Shown: positions 14,901 to 26,869, counted from the first letter of the stretch. The stretch is DNA of 64,000 bases from Macrostomum lignano (GCA_002269645.1 NIVC01002250.1:62001-126000), one strand, 5' to 3'. Made by a program: numbers and translations. Notes: generated from the letters alone by a model not told the origin.

Positions 14901-15351
14901 TGAGCAGCTCGTGAAATTGCAGCTCAGCCCGGCGGAATGTCAGCACATAGTGGATAATGTTGGGGGCCAGGCCCGGCTCCGTAGCGTTGGCTATGCTAGT
15001 CCGCAGCTGCTCATAGTTCAATTGATGGCCTCCGGGTGTCTGCAGTTCGAGTTGACTCAACGTGAGCACGGGCTCCTTGGCGGTGAACAGCTGCTGGGCT
15101 AGGCGAGTATTAGCTCCGGCAAACTGTACAGCCACAGATCGAATAGTTTCCCAATTAGTCAGCGTGAAATTGCGCGCCTCGGACAGTTCAGACAGGCTAG
15201 TCCGGCCACCGTAATCGTACTCGTACGAGTAGGACAGATTCAAGAATTTGCCAATGTTGCCGCTCCGGCTGGCGTATGCGAGCACCAGAGCGATGGTGAC
15301 CAAGCATAGGATTGCCACTGCCCGGCGATAGAGCAGAGCTCGCTGCGTCAT
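11943..15351 (-). CDS. Type II membrane protein with two tandem GT32 (alpha-1,4-glycosyltransferase/OCH1-like, DxD) domains; 3 exons, 759 aa
   Basis: Exons 15351-14160 (donor GTGAGT, phase 1), 13425-12896 (acceptor CTGGCAG, donor GTATTG, phase 0) and 12500-11943 (acceptor CCGCAG, stop). Phases join in frame. N-terminal TM helix AVAILCLVTIALVLAYA. Domain 1: PNIIHY...HRSDLIGLEAVLLFGGLRLDTD. Domain 2: PNVAHY...HQADVIRMEAVLVLGGAYFDID. Confidence 0.88.
12545..12812. repeat. Intronic ~23-29-bp minisatellite (CCCATTAGCCCTACTCACTCAATAGTTTG) in GT32 intron 2
   Basis: Unit read directly; shortens to ~23 bp on the right. Confidence 0.93.
13480..14098. repeat. Intronic 21/23-bp minisatellite (GAGAGGGAGTCAAATCTCACT) in GT32 intron 1
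   Basis: Unit read directly; fills most of intron 13426-14159. Confidence 0.95.
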
Positions 15352-15974
15352 TGGCCCCCCAGGCTGCGGATGGTCAAGTGCGCGGGCTAATTTGAATGGT
15401 TATTAATACTCACCTCTTAGAAGACACTAAACTGGCTCTCTTGAGTAAGAGTCGTGTGAAACAAGAGCAGAAAGATGAAGTCGTGAATGATAAAATTCCG
15501 GATTTTGTACAGCCTGCAAGAGAGTCAACAGACCTCCTACCCTCCCTACCGTACTTACCTACCCAATGGCAGTCTCTACCAAGGAGGCCCATTGTCTGGG
15601 CTAACACCGACCCTCAAACTATTGGCGCGTGCACACCCATACACGCACAGCATAGCTACTTGAGAACCCAACCTTATTGGCTGTCGAGCTTGGCCCTAAT
15701 TGAAGCTAGCTAAGCATAAAGTACAGCAGCGCGCAGCAATTCTGCCCCTCTTCCCGTTGTGACTATCATCACCAAAAAGGTAATGGAATTGAATTCTAGC
15801 AGCTAGCTTTGACTGAGCCACTTACCAGACGGGAAAATTCCTATTCAAACACATTAGTATTTGCTTTTATGACGAGGTGCTGGGAGGTTTATTACTAATA
15901 ATCAAAAGTACTTTTAAAATTGTTACTTAGAAACTGCCTCAGTTTAATCACTTCAGTAGCTAATCAGGAACCAT

Positions 15975-16372
15975 TCTAAGAGGGAATCAGGGACCATTCT
16001 AAGAGGGAATCAGGGATCATTCTAAGAGGGAATCAGGGATCATTCTAAGAGGGAATCAGGGACCATTCTAAGAGGAAATCAGGGATCATTCTAAGAGGGA
16101 ATCAGGACCATTCTAAGAGGGAATCAGGGACTATTCTAAGAGGGAATCAGGGACTATTCTAAGAGGGAATCAGGGACCATTTTTAAGAGGGAATCAGGGA
16201 CCATTCTAAGAGGGAATCAGGGACCATTCTTAGAGGGAATCAGGGATCATTCTAAGAGGGAATCAGGGACCATTCTAAGAGGGAATCAGCATCATGGACC
16301 ATTCTAAGAGGGAATCAGCATCAGGGACCATTCTAAGAGGGAATCGGCATCAGGGACCATTCTAAGAGGGAA
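15975..16372. repeat. ~23-bp minisatellite (AAGAGGGAATCAGGGACCATTCT)
   Basis: Unit read directly. Confidence 0.95.
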
Positions 16373-17049
16373 TTAATGACTGCTCTAAGAGAGCCGCCGG
16401 GACCATTGTAAGAAGAATCAGTGACTCATTTAGAAGGCAATCAGGGAGTCCAAAAGACCCTTCTAAGAGAGAATTCAGAGACAGTTAGTAATGGATTAGG
16501 ACAATTTAAACACCACGGTACAAACACTACAACGGCAGAAAAATTCTTAGTTGCTCGGAAGCATAAGTGTAAAACTCTCACAGGCAGAGTAGAGGTACAG
16601 AAAAATTGCTAAGGTGGAATTTTCTAATCGTCTTAGATAGCAGGAGCAGCAGAAGCAGCAGAAAAATGGGTAAGTTATCCACGCAGATCCAATATTTAGT
16701 CAGGTTGGAATTTCAGAAACGAGCCAGTCAGTGTTTTGCCCCACCCCAACACCCTAGCAACAGACCTGGGAAGTCACAGCTGCGAAATATCTGGCAAAAA
16801 TATCCCCCCATCCACTCTTCTTTCCCTCTCCTCTCTGACGACTCTCCCACACTTGAGAGATCTGATCCCATAGACCCGAAGCCGGCTTGCTTTCTTGATC
16901 CAAGCGGTAGGGCTAGTAAGGAAGGACAGTAGAACAGGGGGGGGGGGGGTTCCGGCAATATTCAGGGAATTAATACTTGATCTTCCGTGAACAAAAAAAA
17001 CTGGATGAGTCAACTCTAGGAATTCCTCGCTCTCTTGATAAAAAATGAA

Positions 17050-17238
17050 TTTCTAACTAAGAAGAAATTCCTCACTGACTCAAACGGAAATCCCCACTAA
17101 CGCCGAAGGGAATTCCTCACTCACGCTGAAGGGAATTCCTTACTCACACTGAAGGGAATTCCTCACTCACACTGAAGGGAATTCCTCACTCACACTGAAG
17201 GGAATTCCTCACTGACACTAACGCTGAAGGGAATTCCA
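17050..17238. repeat. Short ~23-bp minisatellite (ACTCACACTGAAGGGAATTCCTC)
   Basis: About 5 good copies plus degenerate flanks. Confidence 0.85.
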
Positions 17239-17640
17239 ACTCTCAATTCATTTGCCAGATATGAAAATTTATCCTTAGCTACAAAAATAATAAAGAAAAA
17301 AGAAAATAAATGCAGACTAAACATAACAAGAATACCTTGCAGTGGAGAAATGCAAACGCGTGTATATATTTAATAACAAAGCGAATAATTGAACTTATTG
17401 ACACGCTCGGCAAAGTAAGCAGCTGCTAAAAGGAAAAGATTTATTGTAAAGCTGATAAATAGCGGAAGCTAAGCTTGACTGGTTTAACAAGCTGTTGATA
17501 TTAACTCCGTCTGCTTTCGATACTGACAAGATTCAGGTGCAATAAAAAGCAAAAAGAACAACAAAGCTCGCATTCAATAAAGATTGCCTTATTTTCATAG
17601 GTAAGTACACAATGGCAGCGATGCAGCAGCTTTTTAGGTA

Positions 17641-18314
17641 CAGTAAGGGCCGGTATTAGGTAGAGTAAGGTAAAGTTAGGTCCAGTAAGGGCCGGTATTA
17701 GGTAGAGTAAGGTAATGTTAGGTCCAGTAAGGGCCGGTATTAGGTAGAGTAAGGTAATGTTAGGTCCAGTAAGGGCCGGTATTAGGTAGAGTAAGGTAAT
17801 GTTAGGTCCAGTAAGGGCCGGTATTAGGTAGAGTAAGGTAATGTTAGGTCCAGTAAGGGCTGGTATTAGGTAGAGTAAGGTAATGTTAGGTCCAGTAAGG
17901 GCCGGTATTAGGTAGAGTAAGGTAATGTTAGGTCCAGTAAGGGCCGGTATTAGGTAGAGTAAGGTAATGTTAGGTCCAGTAAGGGCCGGTATTAGGTAGA
18001 GTAAGGTAATGTTAGGTCCAGTAAGGGCCGGTATTAGGTAGAGTAAGGTAATGTTAGGTCCAGTAAGGGCCGGTATTAGGTAGAGTAAGGTAATGTTAGG
18101 TCCAGTAAGGGCCGGTATTAGGTAGAGTAAGGTAATGTTAGGTCCAGTAAGGGCCGGTATTAGGTAGAGTAAGGTAATGTTAGGTCCAGTAAGGGCCGGT
18201 ATTAGGTAGAGTAAGGTAATGTTAGGTCCAGTAAGGGCCGGTATTAGGTAGAGTAAGGTAATGTTAGGTCCAGTAAGGGCCGGTATTAGGTAGGGTAAGG
18301 TAATGTTAGGTCCA
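17641..18314. repeat. 42-bp minisatellite, ~16 copies (CAGTAAGGGCCGGTATTAGGTAGAGTAAGGTAATGTTAGGTC)
   Basis: Unit read directly. It produces the 14-aa repeat ORF 17501-18346 on the minus strand. Confidence 0.97.
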
Positions 18315-18790
18315 TGAAAGTACAATAAGATACAGCATATACACAATAAGTCAGCTTAAGCTTACCAATTTACATGAATAAGGAAGAATATTGATAGGCT
18401 TAGTTGCGGGAAGGCTTTTAGATTAGGGACTAATGCATATTTGGAAAAAAAGATTCTTTGCAGAGTATGGAAGAATTGATTAAAAGTAAGTCAGCTGGAC
18501 AGATATGCATGCAGCTCGTATTAGAAGCTCAAATCTTAGCTCTTTGAAAAGCGAATCAAGAGTCAAGAGTGCTACAGTACGGATATCGGATTGATTAATA
18601 AACACTTCACCAACCCTAAAATAACAAAAACTAAAAAGTCTGTAAATAAATATGCTCATAACTTTATCGCAAAGAAAATGCTTGTTCATATTGGGTTTAA
18701 ACATTATAAACGAATCAACGGTAATTAATATGTTGCATAACAACTAATTTGTTTACCTCGGATACCAGAAAAATGACTAATTATTACAGG

Positions 18791-19048
18791 CTTGTTTACC
18801 CTGGGTACGGACCATTATTACTAATACGAATACGAGAACCAGCTGCGTGACTAGCTGCATAGCAACGGGCTTGTTTACCTTGGATACGGCCTATTATTAC
18901 TAATACGAATACGAGAACCAGCTGCGTGACTAGCTGCATAGCAACGGGCTTGTTTACAATGGATACGGCCTATTATTACTAATACGAATACGAGAACCAG
19001 CTGCGTGACTAGCTGCATAGCAACGGGCTTGTTTACCATGGATACGGG
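18791..19048. repeat. 79-bp tandem repeat, 3 copies plus a partial copy
   Basis: CTTGTTTAC...ACTAATACGAATACGAGAACCAGCTGCGTGACTAGCTGCATAGCAACGGG units start at 18791, 18870, 18949 and 19028. Confidence 0.92.
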
Positions 19049-19141
19049 TTCAATGTACTATTGCGATAACTGGCTCAATTATAACAAACGATTGTCCAAA
19101 ACAAGTCGATGTGTTTAGCTGAGGTAACAAGCAATGAGAGA

Positions 19142-21469
19142 TCAATGCTCGAACAGGCTGACCAAGGTGCAACCGTTGGCGGTGACAAAGAACTGCACAG
19201 CCGGCAGCAGACAGTTGGCAATAGAGGCCAACTCGGCTGAGGCGTCAAAATTGTCCGGCCCGGCTTTGTTAAACAGCGGCGCGCAGGCGACGGACAGAAC
19301 CGGCGCCGCTCTGGCCGCGTCGGGGATCAGGGCGAACAGGCGTCGGTCCTGGCACGGCGCCGGCACGCGCACCATGGCGCCGAGATCAACCAGGCGAACG
19401 ATGACGCCAGCGGCTGCACCGCTGCTGTCGTTATCAACGGCGAGAATTCGAGCCCGATAGCACTGGCCGTCGTCTAGTTTAGCTACGCAGTTGGCGCCAA
19501 TTCGAATGTCGCCGGCGCGAAGCGGCAGCGCCATCTGGCTAAGCTCGCTATACAGGTACTGCAGCCGCGAGTGCAGCGCCTCGAACTGGCCGGCAAATTC
19601 GGCCAGCGGCAGAACTCGAACTCGATCGGCCGTGCCGCCGGGTAGCAACACGGCTGCGCGCCGTTTATTGTCAGTCAGGCGCAGGCTGGCCGGCGCTTCG
19701 CTGACATTACAGTCGGCGCCAATTTGAAGCAACTTTTTGATGGTGTAGCGCAGCCGGCGCGGGCTGGCAGAGTGGGGGAGGCGCTCGCCGCTGCCGCCGC
19801 CATTGGAAGCAGCCTGCAGTACGCCGCTGCGCACCCGCTGCCGGTGCTGCTCGCTGAAAAACTCGGCCAACTCCGGCCGGTCCAGCGGCAGGCCGTCTAG
19901 CAGGCCGGCCGGGGAGATGAGCTGCACAGGCCAGGCTGAATCGTCTGCGGACATGCAGCCGAATTCCACCAGCACCTGCGGGCGGACAGGGTGTGGGCAA
20001 GGGTTTATTATTATTAGCCTCACAGGTAGTTAGCTATTAGCCTCACAGGTATTAGCTATTAGCCTCACGGGTATTTAACTATTAGCCTTACAAGTATTAA
20101 ACTATTAGCCTCACAGGTAGTTAACTATTAGCCTCACAGGTAGTTAGCTATTAGCCTCACAGGTAGTTAACTATTAGCCTCACAGGTAGTTAACTATTAG
20201 CCTCACAGGTAGTTAAATATTAGCCTCACAAGTACGAGTAGTTAGCTATTAGCCTCACAGGTAGCTAATTATTAGCCTCATAGGTAGTTAACTATTAGCC
20301 TCACAGGTAGCTAATTATTAGCCTCACAGGTAGTTAGCTATCAGCCTCACATGTAGTTAACTATTAGCCTCACAGGTAGTTAACTATTAGCCTCACAGGT
20401 AGCTAATTATTAGCCTCACATGTAGTTAACTAACAGCCTCACAAGTAGCTAAATCTTAGCCTCACAAGTAGCTAATTATTAGCCTCACATGTAGCTAATT
20501 ATTAGCCTCACAAACGTCTATCTGTGGTGCAAATGAGCGCTTCATAGTAGGCATGCAGACGACCACTAATTAGTCCTAAAAATGGCCACTTATTTTAGCC
20601 CCACTAAATGGCCACTTTTAGCCGCAAAAAGGTCCTTCATTAGTCATATATACAGTTGCAAGGCAAGAACTAACCTCGCGTTCCATTAGCCGTTTGGCCA
20701 ACCAAGCGGCGGCCACCTCGCCGTACTGTCTATGGCACAAACCGGCCAGCTGACTACGATAGGAACGCGGCGGCGGGCCCTCATCTTCGGCCAAGTCTAG
20801 CGGACAACAGCGCAACAGGCAGGCGGGCAGACAGCACCTATTGCCAAAGTCCACAAATTCAACTAAGCCAAATCCGCCAGCCAGTACGCGCAATAACTTA
20901 GCCCGAAAATAACCGGCTTCAGGCGGGAAGTAAGCTACGCAAGCGACGTCGCTGCCAACGTTGTCAATAGGCAGATGAGGCAGAGAGTCTGCAATCCGAC
21001 GCAAATAGCTGTGCATGCTGGCTAGCTCAGCGCGGCATTCAATCGGTACTAAGCAGATCTGTTTAGTGCCCTGGGTGTGCAGCACAACGCACCGGGTCGG
21101 CTCGCTTGGTGGAGGCGGCTGACGACAGTAAGCTGTGGCGTAGCCCTGCTGGTTGTCAGGCTTTGAAACGCTATTGTTGTTGTTGCTTAAACTGCTAATG
21201 TTGTTGTTATCGCGATTGCGCGTATCATCTTTGTGACTAGCAAGATCGGCGGAAAGTCCGTTATGGACATTGTTAACATTGTCAACTATTCCACTGTCAA
21301 AATGTATTGGCGTTGTATTTCTTGGCGTTTCCGATTGCTGCTGCTGCTCAGCTGCTTCCTGCTCCAATTGTTGGCACGATAAACGACGACGTTCGAGAAA
21401 GTCGCGCCTAACCCGGTAGTATAATCCTCTGCTACTAGTGGAAGACCTTTCGATGATGTTCATGGTCAT
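19142..21469 (-). CDS. Two-Tudor-domain (extended Tudor, TDRD-like) protein; 2 exons, 542 aa
   Basis: Exons 21469-20675 (donor GTTAGT, phase 0) and 19975-19142 (acceptor CCGCAG). Tudor 1: CVAYFPPEAGYFRAKLL...VEFVDFGN. Tudor 2: CVAKLDDGQCYRARIL...VRLVDLGA. An acceptor at 21511 is in frame, so extra upstream coding exons are possible. Confidence 0.85.
20030..20512. repeat. Intronic 23-bp minisatellite (ATTAGCCTCACAGGTAGTTAACT) in the Tudor gene intron
   Basis: Unit read directly. Confidence 0.95.
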
Positions 21470-21596
21470 GATGGTGTTCGCGTGTCTCAGACCGCACTTC
21501 TCTCCGCCAGCTGAAATATAGCAATGCGAATATCCGGGTTAATTAAGCGCAGGTAAAACACCTATACGTTAGCTTTTTTACCTGTTAGGCCAAGGC

Positions 21597-21850
21597 TCAA
21601 TGTGGAGTTGCTGAGATGTTCAATGGGGAGTTGCTGAGATGCTCAATGTGGAGTTGCTGAGATGTTCAATGGGGAGTTGCTGAGATGCTCAATGGGGAGT
21701 TGCTGAGATGCTCAATGGGGAGTTGCTGAGATGCTCAATGGGGAGTTGCTGAGATGCCAATCGGCTTAATGGGGAGTTGCTGAGATGCCAATTGGCTCAA
21801 TGGGGAGTTGCTGAGATGCCAATTGGCTCAATGGGGAGTTGCTGAGTTGC
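21597..21850. repeat. ~23-bp minisatellite (CAATGGGGAGTTGCTGAGATGCT)
   Basis: Unit read directly; lies upstream of the Tudor gene acceptor. Confidence 0.92.
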
Positions 21851-22496
21851 CAAGCCTCTCATTTGTCTATCTGTACTTTTGTACCTGCTTGTATATCCTG
21901 ATCTTCCCGTAGGGACACTAATGGATTGCTAACTACTAGATAGAGGAGACAAAATTGAATGAAAGTCATCAAACAAGATAGTAATTAACATAAGAGACAG
22001 CGCATGCATAGTATAACACGATACTGTAGTGTTGGCCAATGCTTTTTATGCTTCAATGGTTTTTAGTGCAGTGCATAGGAGTACAGGCAGTGCAAGTCAC
22101 GAGCGTAAAAGTAATAGGGTTTTGTATTTTTCATAATTAGAAGAAAAGAGCGCGCACATGACAAAATTTAAGATTATTAACAAGGAAATTAATGACTCAG
22201 TAAAAAACTAAAACCGGAACAGGTATAGGGAGACCTATTGTCGTAGCACAACACGTACATATAGCAACTATTATAACACGTAGTAATTAATGATGCATTA
22301 TAGTCGTACGAAGATTACAGTATCAAATATAAATTTTTGAAAAAAATGTTCCATTAGCTGCAAGCATGAATAATAAATTATTAATTAACAATAGCAAAAA
22401 ATGCCAATTAGACAATAAAATAAAAATGTTCGCAAAGTACTTTAAACAGAGCAGCAAAAGTGCAGCAGTAGCATTCGGATTTTATAATAAATGAAC

Positions 22497-23830
22497 TCAG
22501 GGCATCTCGGGCAGCAGCAGGGCACTCTGAGAGCCGCAGGCGCCGGCCTCCAAATGCTCAGCCATATTGTCGCCAGAGTCGGTTGCAAATCCGCAAGTCG
22601 GGCAATAGAAATCGCCCAAGCCGTCTTCATTCTTGTCGGCGCTGTCGTCAGTTTCCATGGCAACCGGCGGTGTAGCGGCGGCGGAAGCGTGGCTAGCAAC
22701 GTGCCGCTGGTAGGCGGGCCCGCAGCAGGTGGCGTAGCGGCACTGGCCAGCAGTGCAGGGCACATAGTGCCGATGGTCGGGGCCGTTCAGAGGCCGGCGA
22801 CACTCCAGACAGAGCATGGCGCTGTCCAGGTGAGGCGGCAAAGCGACGCCGCTGAGATCGCGGGCCGTTTCAGCTGGGGCGGCGTTCAGCGACTTCAGCT
22901 GCTGCGACGAGCCGGGGCCTTTCTGCAGAGCGAGTAGAATGTCAAGAAAGAGACCTTCTTTGACACTCACCAAGATTCTAATTAATTATCTCAGTATTAT
23001 AACTAACAACCTCAGTATTGTAATCGATAATCTTAGTATTCTACTAATCGATAATCTCAATATCCTAATCGATAATCTCAGTATACTAATCGATAATCTT
23101 ATTATCCTAATCGATAATCTCAATATCCGAATCGATAATCTCAGTATCCCAATCGATAATCCCAGTATTCTAATGGATAATCTCAGTATCCCATTTGATT
23201 ATCTCAGTATCACAATTGATAATCTCAGTATCCCATTCGATTATCTCAGTATCACAATTGATAATCTCAGTATCTTAATCGATAATCTCAGTATCACAAT
23301 CGATAATCTTAGTATCACAATCGATAATCTCAGTATCCTAATTGATAATCTTAGTATCCTAATCGATAATCTCAGTATCACAATCGATAAGCTCAGTATC
23401 CTTATCGATAGTCTCATTATCCCAATCGATCATCTCAGTATCCTACTCGACAATCCCAGGATTTAATCTACTAAACTCAATTATGGAGAATCCTATGATC
23501 CTGATTAATAATTAAATATACAAATCTGAGTCTAATTTGTCAGTTCATCGCAAGGGCACTAATACGATCTTACTTGGCTGGCCATACGTGAAAAGCTGAA
23601 GTTAGAGCTCTCAAAGAACAGCCTTAGAAAAAAACAGCCTTAGATCATTTAACAGAGGAAGTGAACTGCTGCAAGTGAAAATGCGCACAACATGCATAAG
23701 AATTCTATTTGGACAGCTGATTTGGCACTTAAATCTGACGTTAAATCCAGCTAACTCGACAGAGTTGAGGTGGGGGGGGGAGAAAGTTAGGAATAAATTG
23801 AGAAATTTTTTGAAATGCAATATATAGAGT

Positions 23831-23862
<32 letters not shown>

Positions 23863-26731
23863 CAGTAACACCCAGGGAGGAACTGGAACACCCAATATGG
23901 AACTGTAACACCCACCAAGGATTTGTAACACCCACCAAGGACCTGTCACACCCACCAAGGAACTGTAACACCCACCAAGGACTTGTAACACCCACCAAAG
24001 ACCTGTAACACCCACCAAGGAACTGTAACACCCACCAAGGACCTGTAACACCCACCAAGGAACTGTAACACCCACCAAGGACCTGTAACACCCACCAAGG
24101 AACTGTAACACCCACCAAAGACCTGTAACACCCACCAAGGAACTGTAACACCCACCAAGGACCTGTAACACCCACCAAGGAACTGTAACACCCACCAAGG
24201 ACCTGTAACACCCACTAAGGACCTTTAACACCCACCAAGGACCTGCAACACCCACCAAAGACCTGTAACACCCACCAAGGAACTGTAACACCCACCAAGG
24301 ACCTGTAACACCTACTAAGGACCTAGCGCAGAAGCAAGCAACCAACCTGAGGCGAGGCAGACTGCTGGTGCTGTTCCAAGTCCTCGAGCTGCTGCAGATC
24401 TCCAGGCCGATGGTCCAGCTGCTGGTGCATGTTCAAATCTGATTTAGTAACAAAGCTCAACTGGCACTGGTTGCACCGTTTGCCGCTACTAGAAGCAGCA
24501 GCAGCAGAAGAAGAATTATCGTCGTCAAAGTGGCGCTGCAGATGCTGGGTGAACACGCCGGTGAGGCCGCTAGAATCGCCGCCGATCGCCCCAGGTGCGT
24601 AGGCCGCGCCAGACGAGCTGGGGAAAGTGATTCGGATAGCTTTGAGACAGAGCGGGCACAGCAGGTGTGGCGAGGCGGCGTGCATCCGGCAGAAGTGAGT
24701 CAGGATGTCGCGCAGTACGCTAGTCCGGAAGCTGCACAGCTGGCAGGCGTAAGGCATCTGCCTGCGCAGGTGGCGAGTCCGCATGTGCCTGGCGAACTGC
24801 TCCGTATTGGCGAACTCTCTGTCGCATACGCGGCACAGTTTTCGGCCAGCCGGAGTCAGGTGCGAATCCGCTCGATGCTCGGCCAGCTGGTAGTGTCCGG
24901 CAAAGGTGGCCGGACAGGCCGGACAGCGGACAATCTCGGTCGAGCAGTCTTGCAGCAGAGCCGAAACCGACTGCGAAGCCGGCTCAAAATGGCCGAGAAT
25001 GTGCCGAACTGTGCTCAAATTCGAATATAGAATCTTTGAGCACAGGTGGCAACGGAAGCGAAGGTCCTGACGTGGCTCCGGCTGGGAGGCCTGCTGGCAC
25101 TCCTGCCTGGCGAAGTAGTACACGTCTAGGGCCACCAGCACCTGCGAGAGGTTGGATAATATCATTTCGAATCGATAGGCCTAAAATTACTGCCAGAATC
25201 CTTCCTACCCATGATTGTACATGAAATTTACGTCGTATTCCATATTTGTATATGGCTTTCACATTATATCTCATATCTGTACATGACTTTCACATTATAT
25301 CCCATATTTGTACATGACTTTCACATTATATCCCATATCTGTACATGACTTCCACATTATATCCCATATTTGTACATGGCTTTTACATTATATCCCATAT
25401 TTGTACATGACTTTCACATTATATCCCATATCTGTACATGACTTTCACATTATATCCCATATTTGTACATGACTTTCACATTATATCCCATATCTGTACA
25501 TGAATTTCACATTATATCCCATACTCGTATTTGTACATTACTTTTACATTATATCCCTATTTGTATATGACTTTCACATCCTATCCTGAATGCATTTGAA
25601 AAGTTAGCCGCAGACCATTTATTGACATACAGTCGCACTCACCGTATTGCCATCCTGATCGCACGGATTCTGAGAGTCGTGCACGTACAATTGATTTGGA
25701 TCGTCGCCAAAAGTGACAATTTCGATGCCTTCTTCTAGTAGGGGAAGGCCCTCTTCGTCAGCTGCCGATTCCGCTTGTGTAGCAGCGACAGCCTCCGAGC
25801 CCTGCGGGGAGGGAATGCAAGATTCGGGTTGTGGAGATTCCAAGATTCTGGATAGAGATCCCAAGATTCCGGATAGAGGTCCCGAGATTCGGATAGATAT
25901 CCCAAGATTCGGGATATAGATCCCATGATTAGGGATAGAGATCCCAAGATTCGGGATATAGATCCCATGATTAGGGATAGAGATCCCAAGATTAGGGATA
26001 GAGATCCCATGATTAGGGATAGAGATCCCAAGATTCGGATAGCGATCCCAATATCAGATTTGTTGACAAACCTTTGCGGCAGACTGAGCAGCAGCGGCGG
26101 CAGCAGCAGCGGCAGCGGCGGCGGCTGCAGCGTCAGCCTCGGCGCTGGCGAGCTGGCGGAGCTCAGCCGCGGTGGCAACCCGAACTCCGGGCGGCAGCGG
26201 ATCGGTGAGGCCGGCAACCCGGCCCTGGACCAACAAGCCGTTATGCTTGGGCCGCTGCACGCAGCTGGAGATGTGAATCGCTCCCTGATCCCTATGCTGG
26301 AAGGCGGATTCGGCCAAATCCAGAGCCTGGTGCTCTTCATCGCCGACGCCCAGTCCGGCTAGGGCGCCTTTGACCGGGCTGGACCGCTGCGCCTGTCGCT
26401 GGCAGATGACGGCTGGCGCGCCATCTTCAGTCAGCAGCCGGTCCAGTCGCCAGTCCTGCTGAGCTAGAGCTTCGTGAGCAGCTGCTACGCCAGCGTGAGC
26501 TAGTACGCCAAGCGAACTAGTCAGCAGAAGGCCGTTGGCATCTGTGGCGGCCTCCTCGGCGGTGCCGACAACATTCACAGCCTCGGCTAGGGGTCGCATG
26601 CCGGATTGAAAACGCTCCAGATTGGCTCTGCGCCTATCCAGCTCTTGCAGTTGAATGTCTGACAGGGGCTCCTCTTCGCATGTCATTGTGAGACTGCGGC
26701 CAACGCCGCGTAGCACCTGCGGCAGCAGCAT
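22497..26731 (-). CDS. POGZ/ZNF280-family C2H2 zinc-finger protein without a pogo transposase domain; 4 exons, ~679 aa
   Basis: Exons 26731-26072, 25801-25643 (alternative donor at 25631), 25141-24347 and 22922-22497; all phase 0 with GT/AG. N-terminal LTMTCEEEPL resembles the family motif LFMECEEEEL. Finger cluster FRCHLCSKIL...CRVCDREF...HMRTRHLRRQMPYACQLCSFRTS...THF...LLCPLCLKAIRI and C-terminal CLEC...C...CRYATCCGPAYQRH follow the ZNF280/POGZ finger order. Confidence 0.85.
22978..23460. repeat. Intronic 21-bp minisatellite (AATCGATAATCTCAGTATCCT)
   Basis: Unit read directly; it explains ORF 22939-23466. Confidence 0.93.
23828..24324. repeat. (TAAC)n microsatellite followed by a 20-bp minisatellite alternating GGACCT/GGAACT (40-bp dimer)
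   Basis: ACACCCACCAAGGA[C/A]CTGTA units read directly. Confidence 0.95.
25215..25585. repeat. Intronic ~31-bp minisatellite (ATATCCCATATTTGTACATGACTTTCACATT)
   Basis: Unit read directly. Confidence 0.93.
25835..26050. repeat. Intronic 21-bp minisatellite (GATAGAGATCCCAAGATTCGG)
   Basis: Unit read directly. Confidence 0.92.
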
Positions 26732-26869
26732 GGCTGTGCTGAGCTAGCAGTGCAGAGATGGGGAGAGATATGGAATATGAGGACGGTTTTATGGTCTTAT
26801 AACATACGTGCAATGGGCATAAATAAATAAATAACCTAATGATTCTAGAAGAGCAGGGATATACCCCAT

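Noticed and set aside
17501-18346. 14-aa repeat membrane protein ORF
   Set aside because: Translation of a 42-bp minisatellite; no domain or gene structure.
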